64,000 nucleotides of DNA from the human T2T-CHM13v2.0 reference genome, Homo sapiens (GCA_009914755.4 CP068257.2:30848001-30912000), one strand, 5' to 3'; shown: positions 41,795 through 60,751, counted from the stretch's first letter. Translations and numbers: made by a program. The notes: generated by a model not told the origin, from the letters alone.

Positions 41795-44700
41795 CCCAGG
41801 ATCCCTACAGAGGCAGCTGGTCAACAGGCTTGCCAACTCGAGGGTCAGTCTTTGGCCTGTGCAGATACAGTGAGATATTTCTTTGCATTTTCAGAGCCCC
41901 AAAGAAGAATGCCATGTTCTTGTTGTGGAAGGAGGCTGAAGGGTCCTGCTGAGATTGTGTTTGGCTTGGCACAAAGTCCAGCGGGAAAATGACCAGAGCA
42001 GATTTGGATGAGAGACTGCTGATGGACTGTGGTGGCTGGGAGGAAGCTGCTGGGAGGAAGCTCCCGGGTGGAAGTCCTCCCAGGGACCACGGGCTCATAT
42101 GGGCTGCCACTTCTTGCTTTTGTGCTTTCTGGGCAGCAGAGCCCCCACAGTTTCCAAGCTGTGGGGTCTCAGGAGCCCTGTGAAAAGAAGCCAGTTCCCT
42201 CTGGGAGGTTCGCACGTCCCTAGCTCGGCTACTTGCTGCTAATGCTGACTTTCCATCCATGAGCTGCCTGCTGTGAAATTCTACTCTTCTGGATACACCG
42301 GGCTTGTCTGAGGGGCTGCTGGGGCTTGTAGCAGCCATGACATTTGCTGCTGCTTCAGGGAGAAGCCCAGGGACCAAGCAAACCCAGGGACCATGCAGGC
42401 TCTGGGGAGCCTAGAGGCAGTCCCACTGCTGACCCCACAAATGGGACCATGTGTGATGTTGGTGCCCCGTTCCCAGGCACCCAGCCTCCAGCTGCTGAGA
42501 GGAGTGGTTGTGAATGGCCCACACCTGTCCTCTTCTACAGAGAATTACTCCTCCCCGCTTTCCTACAGGTGTTTCCTCGGAGAGCACTCCCTCAATAAAT
42601 CTCTCGTGCACAAATCTCCATCTCAGGAAACTGACTTACAGCATCCAATGTGAGAGGTCTGTGGACCAGGGAGTGTGCCAGCCCCTGCTGAGCCACAGTG
42701 CTGGGCGGCATCACCTGCAATGTCAGTGGGTGGGAGCCAGGCCCAAAGGAACATCAGCAACCCTCCCCACTAGCTTGTGGTGTTGGGAAAAGTCAGGCAC
42801 TCATACATCTGGCATCTGGGGAGTCTTGGAAAGAAGTGCCCACAAGATCCCCCTTCCAGTCTCCCCCCAGCCTTCTCCATGAGTCCCTGGAAACCAGTTA
42901 CTGCTCCAGGAACCAAAGCCCAGTGCCAGGCAGTCAAGGGAACCAAGCCAGCCTCTCCTCCAACTCCCTGGGTCTCGGCGCTGCTCCCCAAATCCCCACA
43001 TGTCCAGTGGGACCTCCTGAGAAGCACCACTGCCCTGAAAGCTTCCACCCCACTTCCTGCCTGTCACCCTGGACCCCTGGACCACTGACGTCAACCAGAC
43101 TAGACACGACTCTGCTTCAGCCCTGGACTCGGGGTTTCCTCGTTCACTGTGTCACTCTTGTCTCCCAGCTTCTGCTCTGACTTGGTCCTAGCTCAGTCTT
43201 GGGGTGACTTATCTGTGCCTCAGTTTCCTCATCTGTAAAATGGGCATAATAATGAAATCTACTTCCTAGTGGTGTTGAGAGTCACGGTGCTTTACACATA
43301 GTGACAACAATACATTTCAGCTTTGATCATCGATGATTTCTTTCCCGTGAGAGGCAGCATCCAGCATCCCGTGTGGCCGAGGTTGCACCATTTAGACCAC
43401 ACTAAGGGCATTTCGCAAAACTCAAAAGCATTATAAGAATGAGTCATTGAGGGAGATAACAAGCCAGCCTCCTTCAGCCCTGCTATAGAGACGAGTTTGT
43501 GGAGGAGAAATAATTGCATCTGCAGAGCTCAGAGGAAAAGTGTCAAGGCCTGAACTTCCTTGGATTCTGCAGCCAAGTTCATTGTCAAGTCTCTGGCACA
43601 TGGACTTAAGCTGTGCTCAGTTTTGGCAGGGTAGTTGTAACCCGGAACTATGGTCATTTGGTTTTAAAAACCTGTTGTAAGCCTGAGCACCAGTGTGGAG
43701 TTGGCTAAACCCCACTCCAAGACTGGATGGTAGCCTTGGAGATTAAATCCTAAATACTCCAACAAATGCTCTGTGAACTGGAAGCCTCACTGGTCCATAG
43801 CTAAAGAGAAGGCAGGAAAGAGCCACGATAACCATCAGCCCATGAGGGAGGATTCAGGAAGCCAACTAAGGATCCGGGACTACTACGTCATTTTTAGGAA
43901 TTTCAAATCAACAGTCGCCTCCTCTGGGTGTGGCACAGCGCCAGGCTCCCTGGAGAATGAATGAGAGTAGCTAATTGCAGTTGCTGTCAGTTCTGGGCTG
44001 TGCTGTCCGGGACTGAGCCACTAGCCACATGCTGTTATTTAAATTTAAATTTAAATCAATTAATAAAATGTAAAAGTCACCTGCTCAGTTGCACTAGTCA
44101 CATTTCAAGCGCTCAATAGCCACATGGCCAGTGGCTACTGTCTTGGACAGTGCAGACAGTTCTGTTGGACAGTGCTGAGCTAGTGTATGAAGTCAGGCAT
44201 GGAGACGCCTGCTCAATTCATTGATAAAATGGGACAGATATTTCCCTGCCCTCACCAACTGAGAACATAATCAGATATCAAAATCCCAGGCACAGAAATG
44301 TGGGAACCCAGCTCCACCTTACCCGACCTCTGCCCACCTTCCTGGGGATACCCCTGCATGTCTCTTGTCTCCAAACCCCGAAGGCTCAGTGCACAGGCTC
44401 CTGTCCCCCTGGGGCTGCAGCCTCACCTTCATGGGCTCTGAGCCCCAAAGAGCCACGACCGCAGGAGTTGTGCCCCTTCCGTCCCCTGGCCACACTCAGC
44501 CTGCTGCTCCTTTTTGTTCCTAACACACAACCCGGCCATGGTCCTGTGGCAGCTGCTGTGACTGTCACCTCTCTGGGCACTGCTGCTGCTGTTAACTCCC
44601 CTTCCTTTGTGCCCTGAAAAGGGTGTGACCACCTTGGAGAGCCTAAAGGGCTCCTTTTTCCTGACCCTGCAGCCATCTGCACCCCAGGAACATTCGAGAG

Positions 44701-44923
44701 AAACCTCAGGCCAGATCTTTTCCTCTCACCTGGGCCCTGCCTGCCCCCCGCTCCAGGAGGAGCCCCTGGGTCCACCCAGGAAGGAACTGCACCTCCTGCC
44801 CTCCTCTTTCTCTCTCCCTTTGATCCCTTCTTCTCTTTGCTGAGCCCATGAGCAGATTCAGCAGGGGCCCTTTCTTTATCCTTCAGGGGCTTAGCTGCAT
44901 AAGACAAAGTGTAAGAATGACGG

Positions 44924-45210
44924 TAGGCCAGCCACCGTAGCTCACACCTGTAATCCCAGCACTTTGGGAGGCCGAAGCAGGTGGATCACTTGAGGTCAGG
45001 AGTTCGAGACTAGCCTGGCCAACATGGTGAAACCCTGTCTCTACTAAAAATATAAAAGCCTGGCATGGTGCCAGGTGCCTGTAATCCCAGCTACTCGGGA
45101 GGCTGAGGCTTGAGAGTCTGTTGAACCCGGGAGGCTGAGGTTTCAGTAAGCAGAGATTGTGCCACTGTACTCCAGCCTGGGCCACAGAGTGAGACTCTGA
45201 CTCTAAAAAA
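44924..45210 (+). mobile_element. Alu (first of a tandem pair)
   Basis: ggccagccaccgtagctcacacctgtaatcccagcactttgggaggcc... Confidence 0.9.
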
Positions 45211-45226
45211 ACAATCGACATCAAGG

Positions 45227-45545
<319 letters not shown>

Positions 45546-47190
45546 CAATTGACATCGAAGAATGACAGTAAATGGCCAAACCAAGTGGCCCTGGGAGCTC
45601 AGAGAAAATGATTCCACCAAATGGACTAGGGGAAGCTTATCAGAGATCACGCTCAACATGGTCCTCTAAGAATAGGCAGAATTTCCAAAGGTGAAGGAAG
45701 GTAGGGAAGGGAGCAGCCAGGAGGTGGGAACAGGAACAGCACGTTTAAGTACAGGGAACAGCCAGAGTGAGGGAAAATAAGGCTAAAAGGGTGAAGGGCA
45801 CCTGGAGAATGTTGATATTTTGGGCTTTGGCGCGTGCCTGTGTCCTGGCTGTAAGAACATTACGCACTTTGGGCGGCATCACTCAGCCTGCTCCTGGTTG
45901 TGGGTCCATTATCTGCTCCTAATATTGTCTTTCGTCTCGGGATTGTGAACAGATAAGGAACCCACAGCCAGGAGCAGGCTGGGCCTGGCCTCCAACCTTG
46001 ACCTTCTGACTCTTGGAATAGTAATTGCTCCGGATTTTAAGGTCACTGAACACCATCCAGTTAATCTCGATATCTTGGAAGTGACCAAATTACAGCTGAA
46101 TTTCGTTGAAGAAATTAAAATCATCACTCTTATCCTAAGAGTGATTATCCTAAGTATTCCGGTGACTGACTCACCTGGGACACTTTAAGATGCAGTTAAT
46201 ATCATCAATGCAAATAGACCTCAAGGGTCTAACAAATTATTTCTGGCAGAGCCCTTTTTTGAAATGTTTCTAGTCTTTGCCCCAAGACTGCTCACTGCCT
46301 AATTGCATTTCTTTCCAATGGGTCTAACAGAAAATCCCATTGGAAATTTATCTTCAGGTGAAAATGCCGCCTTCCTGCTTTTAAGCGAACTGCCTGTGAT
46401 ATCATGAGCTCAGGCTGCAGAGGCTCAGCCAAACAAAGAGAGGAAAGCTGGTTACTTCTGATTGGGAGGACGTATTAATTCCCCACACTTTCCCTGTTCC
46501 AAACTCATGACTCCATGGATTGAGTCCTTTTAAGAAAAGAAAATAGAGCCTGTCATTTCCTATTGTTTCAAAGACAAAATCCAGCCTGGGAAAGATTAAG
46601 GGAAGAGGACGGGACTCGTGTTCAGATGACTAAGCACCAACCTGACCTGGAAAAGGCTCGATTAGTTTTTGAGGAAGGGAGGGTGCTCCAATTAGAGGCA
46701 TGTGTAAAATAATGACATTACCTCACTAAAAGAGAAAAAGGAAAACATTCCCAACTCACTAACAATGAACTAGCAAGAAAATGTGTTGCTAATCTGTGAA
46801 GAATTTGCAAACCCAGTGAGTTGCCACCCAGCTCTGAGCTCCCAAACTTCCTTCCTTAGAACTTGACCTCTGATTGTAAAACCCTGGGCCCTGGGAGAGA
46901 GGGGCCTGTGCTGGTCAGCAAGGGGGAATCACATGGACCAGCCAAGCCCAGCTCTGCTCCGCCCGGGGTTTCTGGTAAATGAGCCTCTGTCACTCAGTTC
47001 GTACACATGGATACTTCTTATTGAAGATGTCTTGGGAAAAAGTCAAGCTGCTCTGAAAAAATAATAAAAATGCACTGTATCATGTTTTTAAAAGAGCTAG
47101 ATCTCTATGTACCGACATGGAAAATCCTTAAAGTCATTATTAAATAATACATAGATTATGATAACGTGTTTTTAAAAAGACTCAAAACTG

Positions 47191-47490
<300 letters not shown>

Positions 47491-48590
47491 AAATGTTGGT
47501 GGTTTGGACAAATCCTGCCCCTGCACCCCACCTGCATGTCCCCTCCATGACTTCCTGTTGTGTACCAGGGTCCCTGAGGTGGGCTGAAAGAGGGCCGGGA
47601 GCTGGCTGTTCAGAGTCCCCCAGAAGCAAAAGCAGTGGGCCTCTGGCCCTGTGGGCAGGGCTGGCTGAAGCAGAGCCAGGAGGGAGGGCTGAGGAAGGCT
47701 GTCGTGCACCTGCCTGGCCAGCCGTGGGCAGTAGAAAAGAGGCTGGGATGGGGCCAGGTGAGCCCAGCTCAGGTCGGGGGCCTGGCAGGCCCTGGACATG
47801 TCTGCTCACAGCTGCTCAGAAGTGGCTCCTCGGGTTGGCCCTTGCTGCCCTCTGAGCTCTTGTCTCTGCATTCTCCATCCACCCCCACCCCAGCTTCTTG
47901 CCGGCCCTGTGCACAGACACCTAAGGCCCGCCTCTTAGGGTCAGCTTGCCCTCAAAAAGAGAAGAAAGCATAGGTTTCCAGGACTGGCTGATGAAGGGAG
48001 GGTTTGGGATTTCTGGAGACTTGAAGTTGAGCTTGAATTCCTCCCCTCTGACTTTCCCAGGCCAAGGCGTCCAGCACCCAGGGACCAAGCCCTGGTCCTC
48101 AGCAGAGACCGTCTGCAGCCCCTGCCCTGGTCTCGCTAACACTGGTTTAATATATCTACAACGAGAGATTCCCAAACCCCACCCAAGAGTCCCTGAGGGC
48201 AGACCTTGGGGCTCCAGGCCCAGGAATCTGCATTCTCCGCCCCCCAAACTCCCCCCAGGGGTCCTGATAGGCAGACAGCTGAGAGCTGGGCTTGCCTCCA
48301 CCTGGGTCCCTGAAACCCAGCACCCCGCCCTGTTGCTTGTCTCTTGCAGCCCAACTCCTGCAGCTGGGCCTTCTGCTCATCCTGTACAGAAACCCTCTGT
48401 TTGCTCCTGCAGACCTGCTCTCCATGGCCCCCAGCCTGCTCCACTGTCCTGTACCTCCAGACCCCCATCAGCATCTCCCCGCCTGTCTGCTGGGTTCAGC
48501 CAATGGGGAGCCTGGCAGGAGAAAGTCATGCCATCAGCTTTGAAGATACTTTCCTTTCCTGACTTCTTATCCTGGGGTTCCTGAACTCTG

Positions 48591-48884
<294 letters not shown>

Positions 48885-49306
48885 GAGGTTCCTGAACTCT
48901 TAAGGGGACCACTGATCTTTTCTAGAGCTCCATGAGCCCTCTGAAGTTTTAAGCAAAAGTTTGTATATTTGAGAATGTGAATCTTTCTGGCTTTTTCATG
49001 GGATTGCAACGAGGATCCAAAGAGATAATACAAATGATGTCAGCTTTGACAACCACTAACTGCCCAAAAATATAAGGTATTATCATAATCACAGCAAGAT
49101 CAAAAGAGGTTAATGCGCGTCTCTCTGTGTCAAGTGTTCATGAAACTTCTGTTGAAGTTGGCCACCAGATTGGGCCAGCATGCACATGGGCAGCAGACAA
49201 CAGCTTTACAGGTTGTTAGAATGAGAGGCTGAACCCTAGCCTCTGGAAGGTGACACCGCAGAGGCCATCCACAGAAGTGTGGGTCTTCCTAGAAAATGAT
49301 GCAGGC

Positions 49307-49619
49307 AGGTCCGGGTGTAGTGCCTCGCGCCTGTAATCCCAGCATTTTGGGAGGCGGAGGCGGGCAGATCACTTGAGGTCAGGAGTTCAAGACCTGCCTG
49401 GCCAGCTGGTGAAACCCCATCTCTACTAAAAATACAAAAATTAGCTGGGCATGGTGGTGCAGGCCTGTAATCCCAGCTACTCAGGCAACTGAGGCAGGAG
49501 AATTGCTTGAGCCCAGAAGGTGGAGGCTGCAGTGAGCCAAGATGGAGCTACTACACTCCAGCCTGGGTGACAGAGGGAGACTCCATCTCAAAGTAAAAAA
49601 AAAAAAGAAAAGAAAAGAA
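49307..49619 (+). mobile_element. Alu, full length, between TSD copies 1 and 2 of agaaaatgatgcaggca(gg)
   Basis: TSD at 49291-49308 and 49620-49638. Confidence 0.95.
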
Positions 49620-49638
49620 AGAAAATGATGCAGGCAGG

Positions 49639-51346
<1,708 letters not shown>

Positions 51347-51639
51347 AGAAAATGATGCAGGCACTGCAAATAGAACATACTTGGGTGCATGTCGGGGAAA
51401 GCGGAGGGGGAGACACCAGGGTCCATGACCCCATGGCATGAGGACATGATTGTGGAGCCGCTCTCTTGCTGTCCACAAAGTCACTGTAAAAGCAAAGTGC
51501 CAAACATTTTCAGTGAGGGCCTTTTTGCTCATTGGTCATGACTGGTGTCAGGCAACCCTTGGAAATTTCCTCACGACCTTAGAGGGACAGCATCACCTGC
51601 AGTTTCTATGGCAGAGATTCCATAGTAGGTTGAACACTG

Positions 51640-52055
51640 CTCCCCCAAATACACGTCTTCCTGGAACCTCAGAATGTGACCTTATTTGGAGACAGGGTCT
51701 TCACAGTTATAATTAGTTAAGATGAGGTGGCACTGATGGGCTCTAACTCCAATGACTGGCGGCTTTCTAAGAAGGGGGAAGACAGACAGACACACAGAGA
51801 AGAATGCCACGTGACTAGAGAGGCAGAGACTGGAGTGACGCAGCCACAAACCAAAAGTGCAAAGGATTGCCAGGGGCCACCAGGTGCCGGAAGAGGCAAG
51901 GCAGGACCCCCTTCTTGGTCTTCAGAGGGAGCACAGCCCTGCCAACACCTTTATTTGAGACCCCTGGCCCCCAGAACTGGGAGAGAATAAATTTCTGTTG
52001 TTTTAAGCCACACCATTTGTGGTCATTAGTTATGGCAGCCACAGAAACTAGCACA
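51640..52055 (+). mobile_element. MLT1-type MaLR LTR
   Basis: ...cagaatgtgaccttatttggagacagggtcttcacagttataattagttaagatgaggtggcactgatgggctctaactccaatgactgg...cccccagaactgggagagaataaatttctgttgttttaagccacaccatttgtggtcattagttatggcagccacagaaactag. Confidence 0.6.
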
Positions 52056-52919
52056 GAAGCTTCCAGAGCTGCTCCCAAGAGTGGAAGTGGCACAAGGCGA
52101 GGCATGGACTAGTCACAGATCCCCAGCCAGAAGCAGGGGACACATTCACACTGGGATGACTCAAGGAACTGTATGTACAAAGCACGAGCTGAGCCCTGCT
52201 CTGTGCCAGACACCATGCTGGGTGGAGGCCAGGAGTTGCTGGAAAAGCTGTAACAACCAGCAACCCCAGGTGTGGGCAGAGAAGTGCTGATTTGTAGCAT
52301 CTGCCAATTTCTGTGGTGTAAATACTCCCTCCTTGGCCAACGCGAGTGTAACACAACGTCCTTCATATAGTGTTTCTACCCTACAGGTACAATCAATGTC
52401 AATGACCTCAAGACAATAGTAAAATAAGGTGAAATAATTAGGAAATGTTGAGTTTTGAGAATTGACAGCCTTTGTGCCTAATATAATCTATTTAATTGTA
52501 AGCTTCTGTAATTTAGTATTTCATGGTGACTGTGTTTAACAACCAATTTGCAAAAATTCCTGAATGTTTAACCATCAGCTGCCATGAGCCAGAGCTGGCT
52601 ACAAGAAGTAGAGCAGTAAAGATGGCAGACGGCTAACATAACCTCAACTAGGTGGGGCCTGGAATGCAGCAATCTGGCTCCAATAGGATGCTTTTGGGTA
52701 GATGTGCCTGGAGCACCTCCACCTCTGAGGCCCGCAAAGCTGCCCCAGAGGAAGGGTGGCCTGCAGAGCAGCCTCTGCATCAGCTCTCAGCTGGTCCAGG
52801 GCACAGCATCAGTTGAAGAACACTGACTATGCCCAGTCACATCAGCTTCCAACTGTGAGCTCTCAGGAGACCTGTTGATGCAGAGATTCCTGGAGGTGGT
52901 ACCAAAAAAGCCAGGAGCA

Positions 52920-53093
52920 GGTGGGCACTGGTGCACATACAATACACATATAGACACACACACACCATGCACAGAACATACAGACACATGCATGCACAGA
53001 ACATGTAGATAGGTACACACACATGCACAGAGCACGCAGACACACACACATGCACAGAACATGCAGATACACACACATGCACAAACACACTCC
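52920..53093. repeat. CA-rich minisatellite (units about CACACATGCACAGAACATGCAGA), inverse sense of the TG-rich arrays at 29.6 and 55.3 kb
   Basis: Direct reading. Confidence 0.85.
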
Positions 53094-53449
53094 TGTTACG
53101 GTTTGGCTGTGTCCCCACCCAAATCTCATCTTGAATTCCCATGTGATGGGGGAGGGACCCGGTGGGAGGCAATTAAATCATGGGGGCTGGTCTTTCCTGT
53201 GCTGTTCTCGTGATAGTGAATAAGTCTCATGAGATCTGATCACTTTTTAAGGGGAAGTTTCTCGGCACAAGCTCTCTCTTTGCCTGCCGCCATCCATGTA
53301 AGATGTGACTTGCTCCTCCTTGCCTCCCGCCATGATTGTGAGGCCTCCCCAGCCATGTGGAACTGTAAGTCTAATAAACTTCTTTCTTTTGTAAATTGCC
53401 CAGTCTTGGCTATGTCTTTATCAGCAGTGTGAAAACGGACTAATACAAC
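53094..53449 (+). mobile_element. THE1-type MaLR solo LTR
   Basis: tgttacggtttggctgtgtccccacccaaatctcatcttgaattcccatgtgatggggg...ctcgtgatagtgaataagtctcatgagatctgatcactttttaagggg...ccagccatgtggaactgtaagtc...cagcagtgtgaaaacggactaatacaa. Confidence 0.85.
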
Positions 53450-53841
53450 TCCTTTTTGCATTTTTGCCACAACAGTTTCCTTCAGTACAACAGCTACTTT
53501 TTAAGGAGTGCTTTCTGTCAGGGACCAGGCCAGGCACTAGGAATATTCACATGAAGAAGGCAAAGCCCAGGACCTTCCATCAGTTGGTGAGGCCTGTGAT
53601 TGGCCACAGCTGCCTGCGTCTCATTCTGCCGCTGATCTAAGGAAGCCCTTCATTGCCACATATCTCAGCCTTAATCTCCATTGTCAGCTCTCTCCATCCT
53701 GAAGGTGAGAGGTGGTTGCTAGTTACTTTAGAGCTAGGATGGGAAACAGGGTTTGATTTCTACAGCCCTCACAAATACCTGCATTTGGCATTGCGCACAA
53801 TTCGTGATGTAGATGCAACATGAAGTGAGGTGAAAATTGGT

Positions 53842-54097
53842 AGGCTGGGCATGTCAGCTCATGCCTGTAATGCCAGCACTTTGGGAGGCTGAGCTCAGGA
53901 GTTTGAGACCAGCCTGGGCAACATGGTGAAACCCTATCTCTACCCAAAGTACAAAAAATTAGCTGAGCACTACCGCGCACTTGTAGTCCCAACTACTCGG
54001 AAGGCTGAGGTGGGAGGATTGCTTCAGCCAGGGAGGTGAAGTTTGCAGTGATCCAAGGTTGAAACACTGCATTCCAGCCTGGGTGACAGAGTGAGAC
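53842..54097 (+). mobile_element. Alu with internal deletion
   Basis: ggctgggcatgtcagctcatgcctgtaatgccagcactttgggaggctgagctcaggagtttgagaccagcctgggc... Confidence 0.9.
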
Positions 54098-54210
54098 AGG
54101 GAGGGAGGGAGGGAGGGAGGGAGGGAGGGAGGGAGGAAGGAAGGAAGGAAGGAAGGAAGGAAGGAAGGAAGGAAGGAAGGAAAGAAGGAAGGAAAGAAGG
54201 AAGGAAGGAA
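54098..54210. repeat. (AGGG)n(AAGG)n microsatellite, the expanded Alu tail
   Basis: Direct reading. Confidence 0.9.
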
Positions 54211-55319
54211 TTGGTCACCTGGACTGGGTTATGTGAGTTCCTGTGAGTACTTCTTATAGCTATAGTAATTTCAACCAGGAACACCAATCATTCTGGTTTG
54301 TGAGGGATGAATGGGTTAGTGCTACAATGAGGGTAGTAGTCTTAGGCAATACGGGATGGGCAACCATCCTAATTCTCACCTCCCTTCTGACAGCTCAAGT
54401 TTGAATACTGAGGTCTGCAAGGACATTATACTGAGACCTGCAAGGACATTTGTCTCACATTGCAATAAACAGCCACCGGGTTCTAAATCTGATTTTGCTT
54501 AAATCCATTTCTCTAAGAAATATTATAGCATTTACTCCTTTTCATTGTATAAGACATGTTGAAAAACAGCCATTCATTTCTAAATCCTTCTTTTCAGTCA
54601 CTTTTAATATTCTTTTAAAAAGAGAGAAAGGAAAAGAAAAGACTTCTTGGGACTAAAACTTATCATAGTTGGATGAAACCCAAAGGTGAATATTTATTTC
54701 AGCAAAATTCATTCGGGGCCTTGAAAGTCAAGTGTGTGAATATAAAATACACCTTTTCAGCCTGGGATCATGCCCTTTTCTGTGCTTGGATGGCTGAACT
54801 ATGAAATGCCAGGTTGACATATTCAGTGCTTCCAGGAATGTGACCCCAGAAGAAACAAAGGGGAATGTGGCATTTGTGGAGGTGGCCAGGCCGGTCAGCC
54901 AACTTGGCTGGGTTCTGGAAGGGTCTAGTCCATGGGCTCCCACCATATCCCAGGTGATTCTATCTGCTCAGAGTTCACAGGAACCACAGATTCCCACACC
55001 TTCATTCCCGAGGGGTGGGTGAGGGGGTGTCTACATGCTCCTTCTCAAGCACAGCTGTCATTTGTTCCAGCTTTGTCTCCCCATCCTGAATCCAGCACGA
55101 GGAGGTGTCTGGATCTCACACAGGATGCATTCACAGGGGCTGGGGTGGAAGGATCAATCAGCACCTTCAAATTCCAGCCCTCACTGCTGCCAAGACAGGG
55201 CACCACGTTCTCGCGCTCACAAAGACGATCCTGCACCAGAGCTGCATGAACAGGGCTTTCACCTTTTCATTTGCTCACTCATTCCTTCCATCAGAATCAA
55301 TGGCTGTTTGCAGGACAAA

Positions 55320-55960
55320 CAAAATGCACGTGCCTGCATGTGTGTGTCTGTGTGTGCTTGTGCATGTCTGTGTGCATGCCTATGTGTGTCTCTCTGTGCT
55401 CGTCCATGTGTGTGTGCATGCATGTGTGCCTGTGTGTGCATGCTATGTGTCTGTGTGTGCATGTGTGTGTGCATGCTGAGTCTGTGTGTGCATGTGTGTG
55501 TGCATGATATGTGTCTCTGTGTGTGCATGTGTGTGCCTGCATACATGTGTCTGTGTGTGCTCATGCATGTGTGTGCATGACTGTGTGTCTCTGTGTGTGC
55601 TTGTGCGTGCATGTGTGCACGCCTATGTGTGTCTGTGTGTGCTTGTGCATGCATGCCTATGTGTGTGTGTGCTTGTGCATCTGTGTGTACATGCCTATGT
55701 ATGTCTGTGTGTGCTTGTGCATGACTGTGTGCGTGCCTGTGTGTGTGCTGTGCATGTGTGTGTGCATGTCTATGTGTCTGTGCGTGTGTGTGCATGCCTA
55801 TGTGTGTCTGCTCATGCATGCATGTGTGCATGCCTGTGTGTCTGTGTGCTCGTGCATGCGTGTGTACATGTCTGTGTGTCTGCATGCTCACATGTGTGTG
55901 TGCGTGTGTATGTGTGTGTACACATACATGCATGTGTGCGTGCGTATGCTATTTCTCTCT
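55320..55960. repeat. TG-rich composite minisatellite, about 16-18 variable units of 30-45 bp (consensus-like GTGTGTCTGTGTGTGCTTGTGCATGCATGCCTAT)
   Basis: Direct reading; it creates stop-free artefactual ORFs (176-224 aa). Confidence 0.9.
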
Positions 55961-56758
55961 CAAGACCACATTGCAAACTGGCCCCTGTGGGATGTTGTTT
56001 CTGCCTTACAGATTGACATGTGTATGTTTGAACAGAGGCCGGCCAGCATGGGGTCACACTGGCTTCAGTTAACCTGGGTTCCAATCCTGCCTCTGCCACT
56101 TGGTAGCGGTGACACCTTGGTGACTTTCTGGGCACCATTTCTGCCTCCATTTGCTCATCTGTAAAATGGAGACCACACAAGGCTGCTGTGAGAAGTAAAC
56201 AAGGTAAGGAATGCGAAGTGCCCCACAGGACCCAAGCGTGGTAGCCCCCAGTAAATGGTAGCTGCTGTTCCCCTAGGATGTGCCCGTTGTTCTAGCCCCG
56301 CCAGGCATGCTCCCTGCCCCTCTCTCTGCTTGCTGGGAAAGGCTGGGTTTGGTTGATAAAGTGGAAAGTTTTCCTTTCTCTGATCTCTCTCTCATCACCA
56401 GTAGGTAGTTCATCCACACAGAATACACAGAAAGTTTTCCCAGCTTTCATGAAAAGGAAACCCGGGAGGAGGTGGGCAATGGAGGGCGGCATCTCTGTGC
56501 TTACCTGGCTAGGCCCTGGACTCAGAGCCCCCGCTATGACCCGGGTTGTTTCTCTGGAAAAGGCCCAGGTCACCTCAGTCCTGAAAATTATTCACTCCTA
56601 GTCAGCGCCAGTGTCTGCCCATCACCCTCAAAAGCCTCGGAAAGTCCCACACAGCGGCTCCCCAAATCAGTCCTCTGGACCCCTGCCAGGGAGCTCACAG
56701 GACGTACTGTCTTCTTAAAATCCTGTTTTCTAAGGCTTATCTAGGAAAACAGTGAAAG

Positions 56759-56811
<53 letters not shown>
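56759..56811. repeat. (TA)n microsatellite, about 26 units
   Basis: Direct reading. Confidence 0.95.
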
Positions 56812-56815
<4 letters not shown>

Positions 56816-56976
56816 CATCTGATAGCATGTGCTAAACTGTGTGATTCCTACATCTAAAAATATCAGCATTAACACACCAGCATTACTCAAATAGCCAAAA
56901 GGTGGAAGCGACCCAAGTGTCCATCCACGGATAGACAGAGAAACAAAATGTGGTGTATCCATACAATGGAGTATTA

Positions 56977-57339
<363 letters not shown>

Positions 57340-57527
57340 TTAGGCCATTATGCTAAATGAAATGAGCCAGTCACAAGAGGACAAATTGTGTGTGTGTGTG
57401 TGTGTTTGTTTGTGTGTGCCACTTATAAGAGGTATCTGGAGGAGTCAAATCCATAGAGGCAGAAAGTGGAACAGAGCTTGCCGGGGACTGTGGGGGTAGA
57501 TGGGAGGAAATGAGGAGTTAATGTTTA

Positions 57528-57931
<404 letters not shown>

Positions 57932-58439
57932 GATTAAGATGATAAATTTTATGTGTATTTTACTACAATTTAAATATATATGTGTATACATATATAAACA
58001 TTCATATTCATACTTGCAGAATTAATCACTAACACTATGAAACCCAGCCCTTGCGTGGCTCTGCCAATGGCTGGCCCAGCCACCAGCCCCATGTCAATTG
58101 CCTGAGTCCGTCCCACTAGGATGGAGCCTGCAGTCCTTTCCACCCTGCAGTGAGGCCATTCTGGGAAAACCCGGTATACACAAGAGTATCCACGGAAAAC
58201 AGACCAAATTAAATGAGATGCATGGTGTTGGTCGTGCAGGGACACAGGCACATGGAGCGGGTGGGGTAGGCAGGAACTGAACAATAAAAGGACCCAGACA
58301 AGATCCTAAAAGAATTGGAGAGATGAAAAAGTGTCCTAACTCATTAAATCCCATTCGTTTATTCATTCAATAAATACTTTTTTTCATTTGCCATCTGTAC
58401 AACTTCTTTGATAGGGTCAGATATTTTGCTCATTTTTAA

Positions 58440-58781
<342 letters not shown>

Positions 58782-58807
58782 TATAGTTGGGTTTTAAGGG
58801 TTCTTTA

Positions 58808-59585
<778 letters not shown>

Positions 59586-59707
59586 CTATTTGCAGAAGAT
59601 CATGAGAGAAGATGGGTTGGGGGTAGGGGGTGGGTCCCTGTGAAGGACTTAGACTTTGGGCTCTGTATTTGTTTCCTGTGACTGCTGTAACAAATTGCCA
59701 CAAACTG

Positions 59708-59875
59708 GCCGGGCGCGGTGGCTCATGCTTGTAATCGCAGCATTTTGAGAGGCCAAGGTGGGCGGATCACCTGAGGTCATCCTGGCCAACATGGTGAAAC
59801 CCCATCTCTACTAAAAATACAAAAATTAGCAGGTGTGGTGGTGCATACCTGTAATCCCAGCTACTCGCGAGGCTG
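59708..59875 (+). mobile_element. Alu, 3'-truncated, with deletion in the left monomer
   Basis: ggccgggcgcggtggctcatgcttgtaatcgcagcattttgagaggccaaggtgggcggatcacctgaggtcatcctggccaacatggtgaaacc... Confidence 0.9.
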
Positions 59876-60360
59876 CATTGAGTGTTGCTGAGAACTCATG
59901 CAGGTGACGGACCACTGGATCCAACAGCATGAAGGCCAGCAGTGACCTTGGCCAGAGCCACTTTTGTGAGGTGGTGTGCATGTGAGTAATGTGGACCAGA
60001 GCCAGCTGGAGTAGGATCAGGAGAAGAAGGGAGGAAACAGCAGGTGTGGGCCACTGTCCTAAAGTTATCTATGAAAGTTATTCTTCTATAAAGAGGCACA
60101 GATAAGTGAAGCAATAGTGAGAGGAGGGGTATCAAGAGAGAATGTTTTAGTATGCCATTTTGTTTATTTATTTACTTGTTACATAAATGAAGTTATATTT
60201 ATATATTTTAGTAAGTTACTTTCTTTGGGCAAAATACATTGTAATTATCCTATTTGCTATAGTTCTGCAATTAACTTCAAAATTTTTAAAGTTAGCCAGT
60301 CAGTGAATCTGCTTACCTGATTGTGTTTGTGCAGATATATTTTAAAAACTGGCAATAGTA

Positions 60361-60738
<378 letters not shown>

Positions 60739-60751
60739 TTATTTATTTATT

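Noticed and set aside
41805-42377. 190-aa minus-strand ORF
   Set aside because: No recognisable domain, no splice sites, GC-rich chance ORF next to a (CA)n repeat.
47493-48584. ORFs of 103-212 aa in several overlapping frames
   Set aside because: The region is GC-rich and CpG-depleted with proline-rich low-complexity translations and no splice signals. Overlapping frames on both strands are expected by chance at this GC content.
55035-56180. ORFs of 176-224 aa on both strands
   Set aside because: Same artefact over the 55.3-55.96 kb TG-rich minisatellite.
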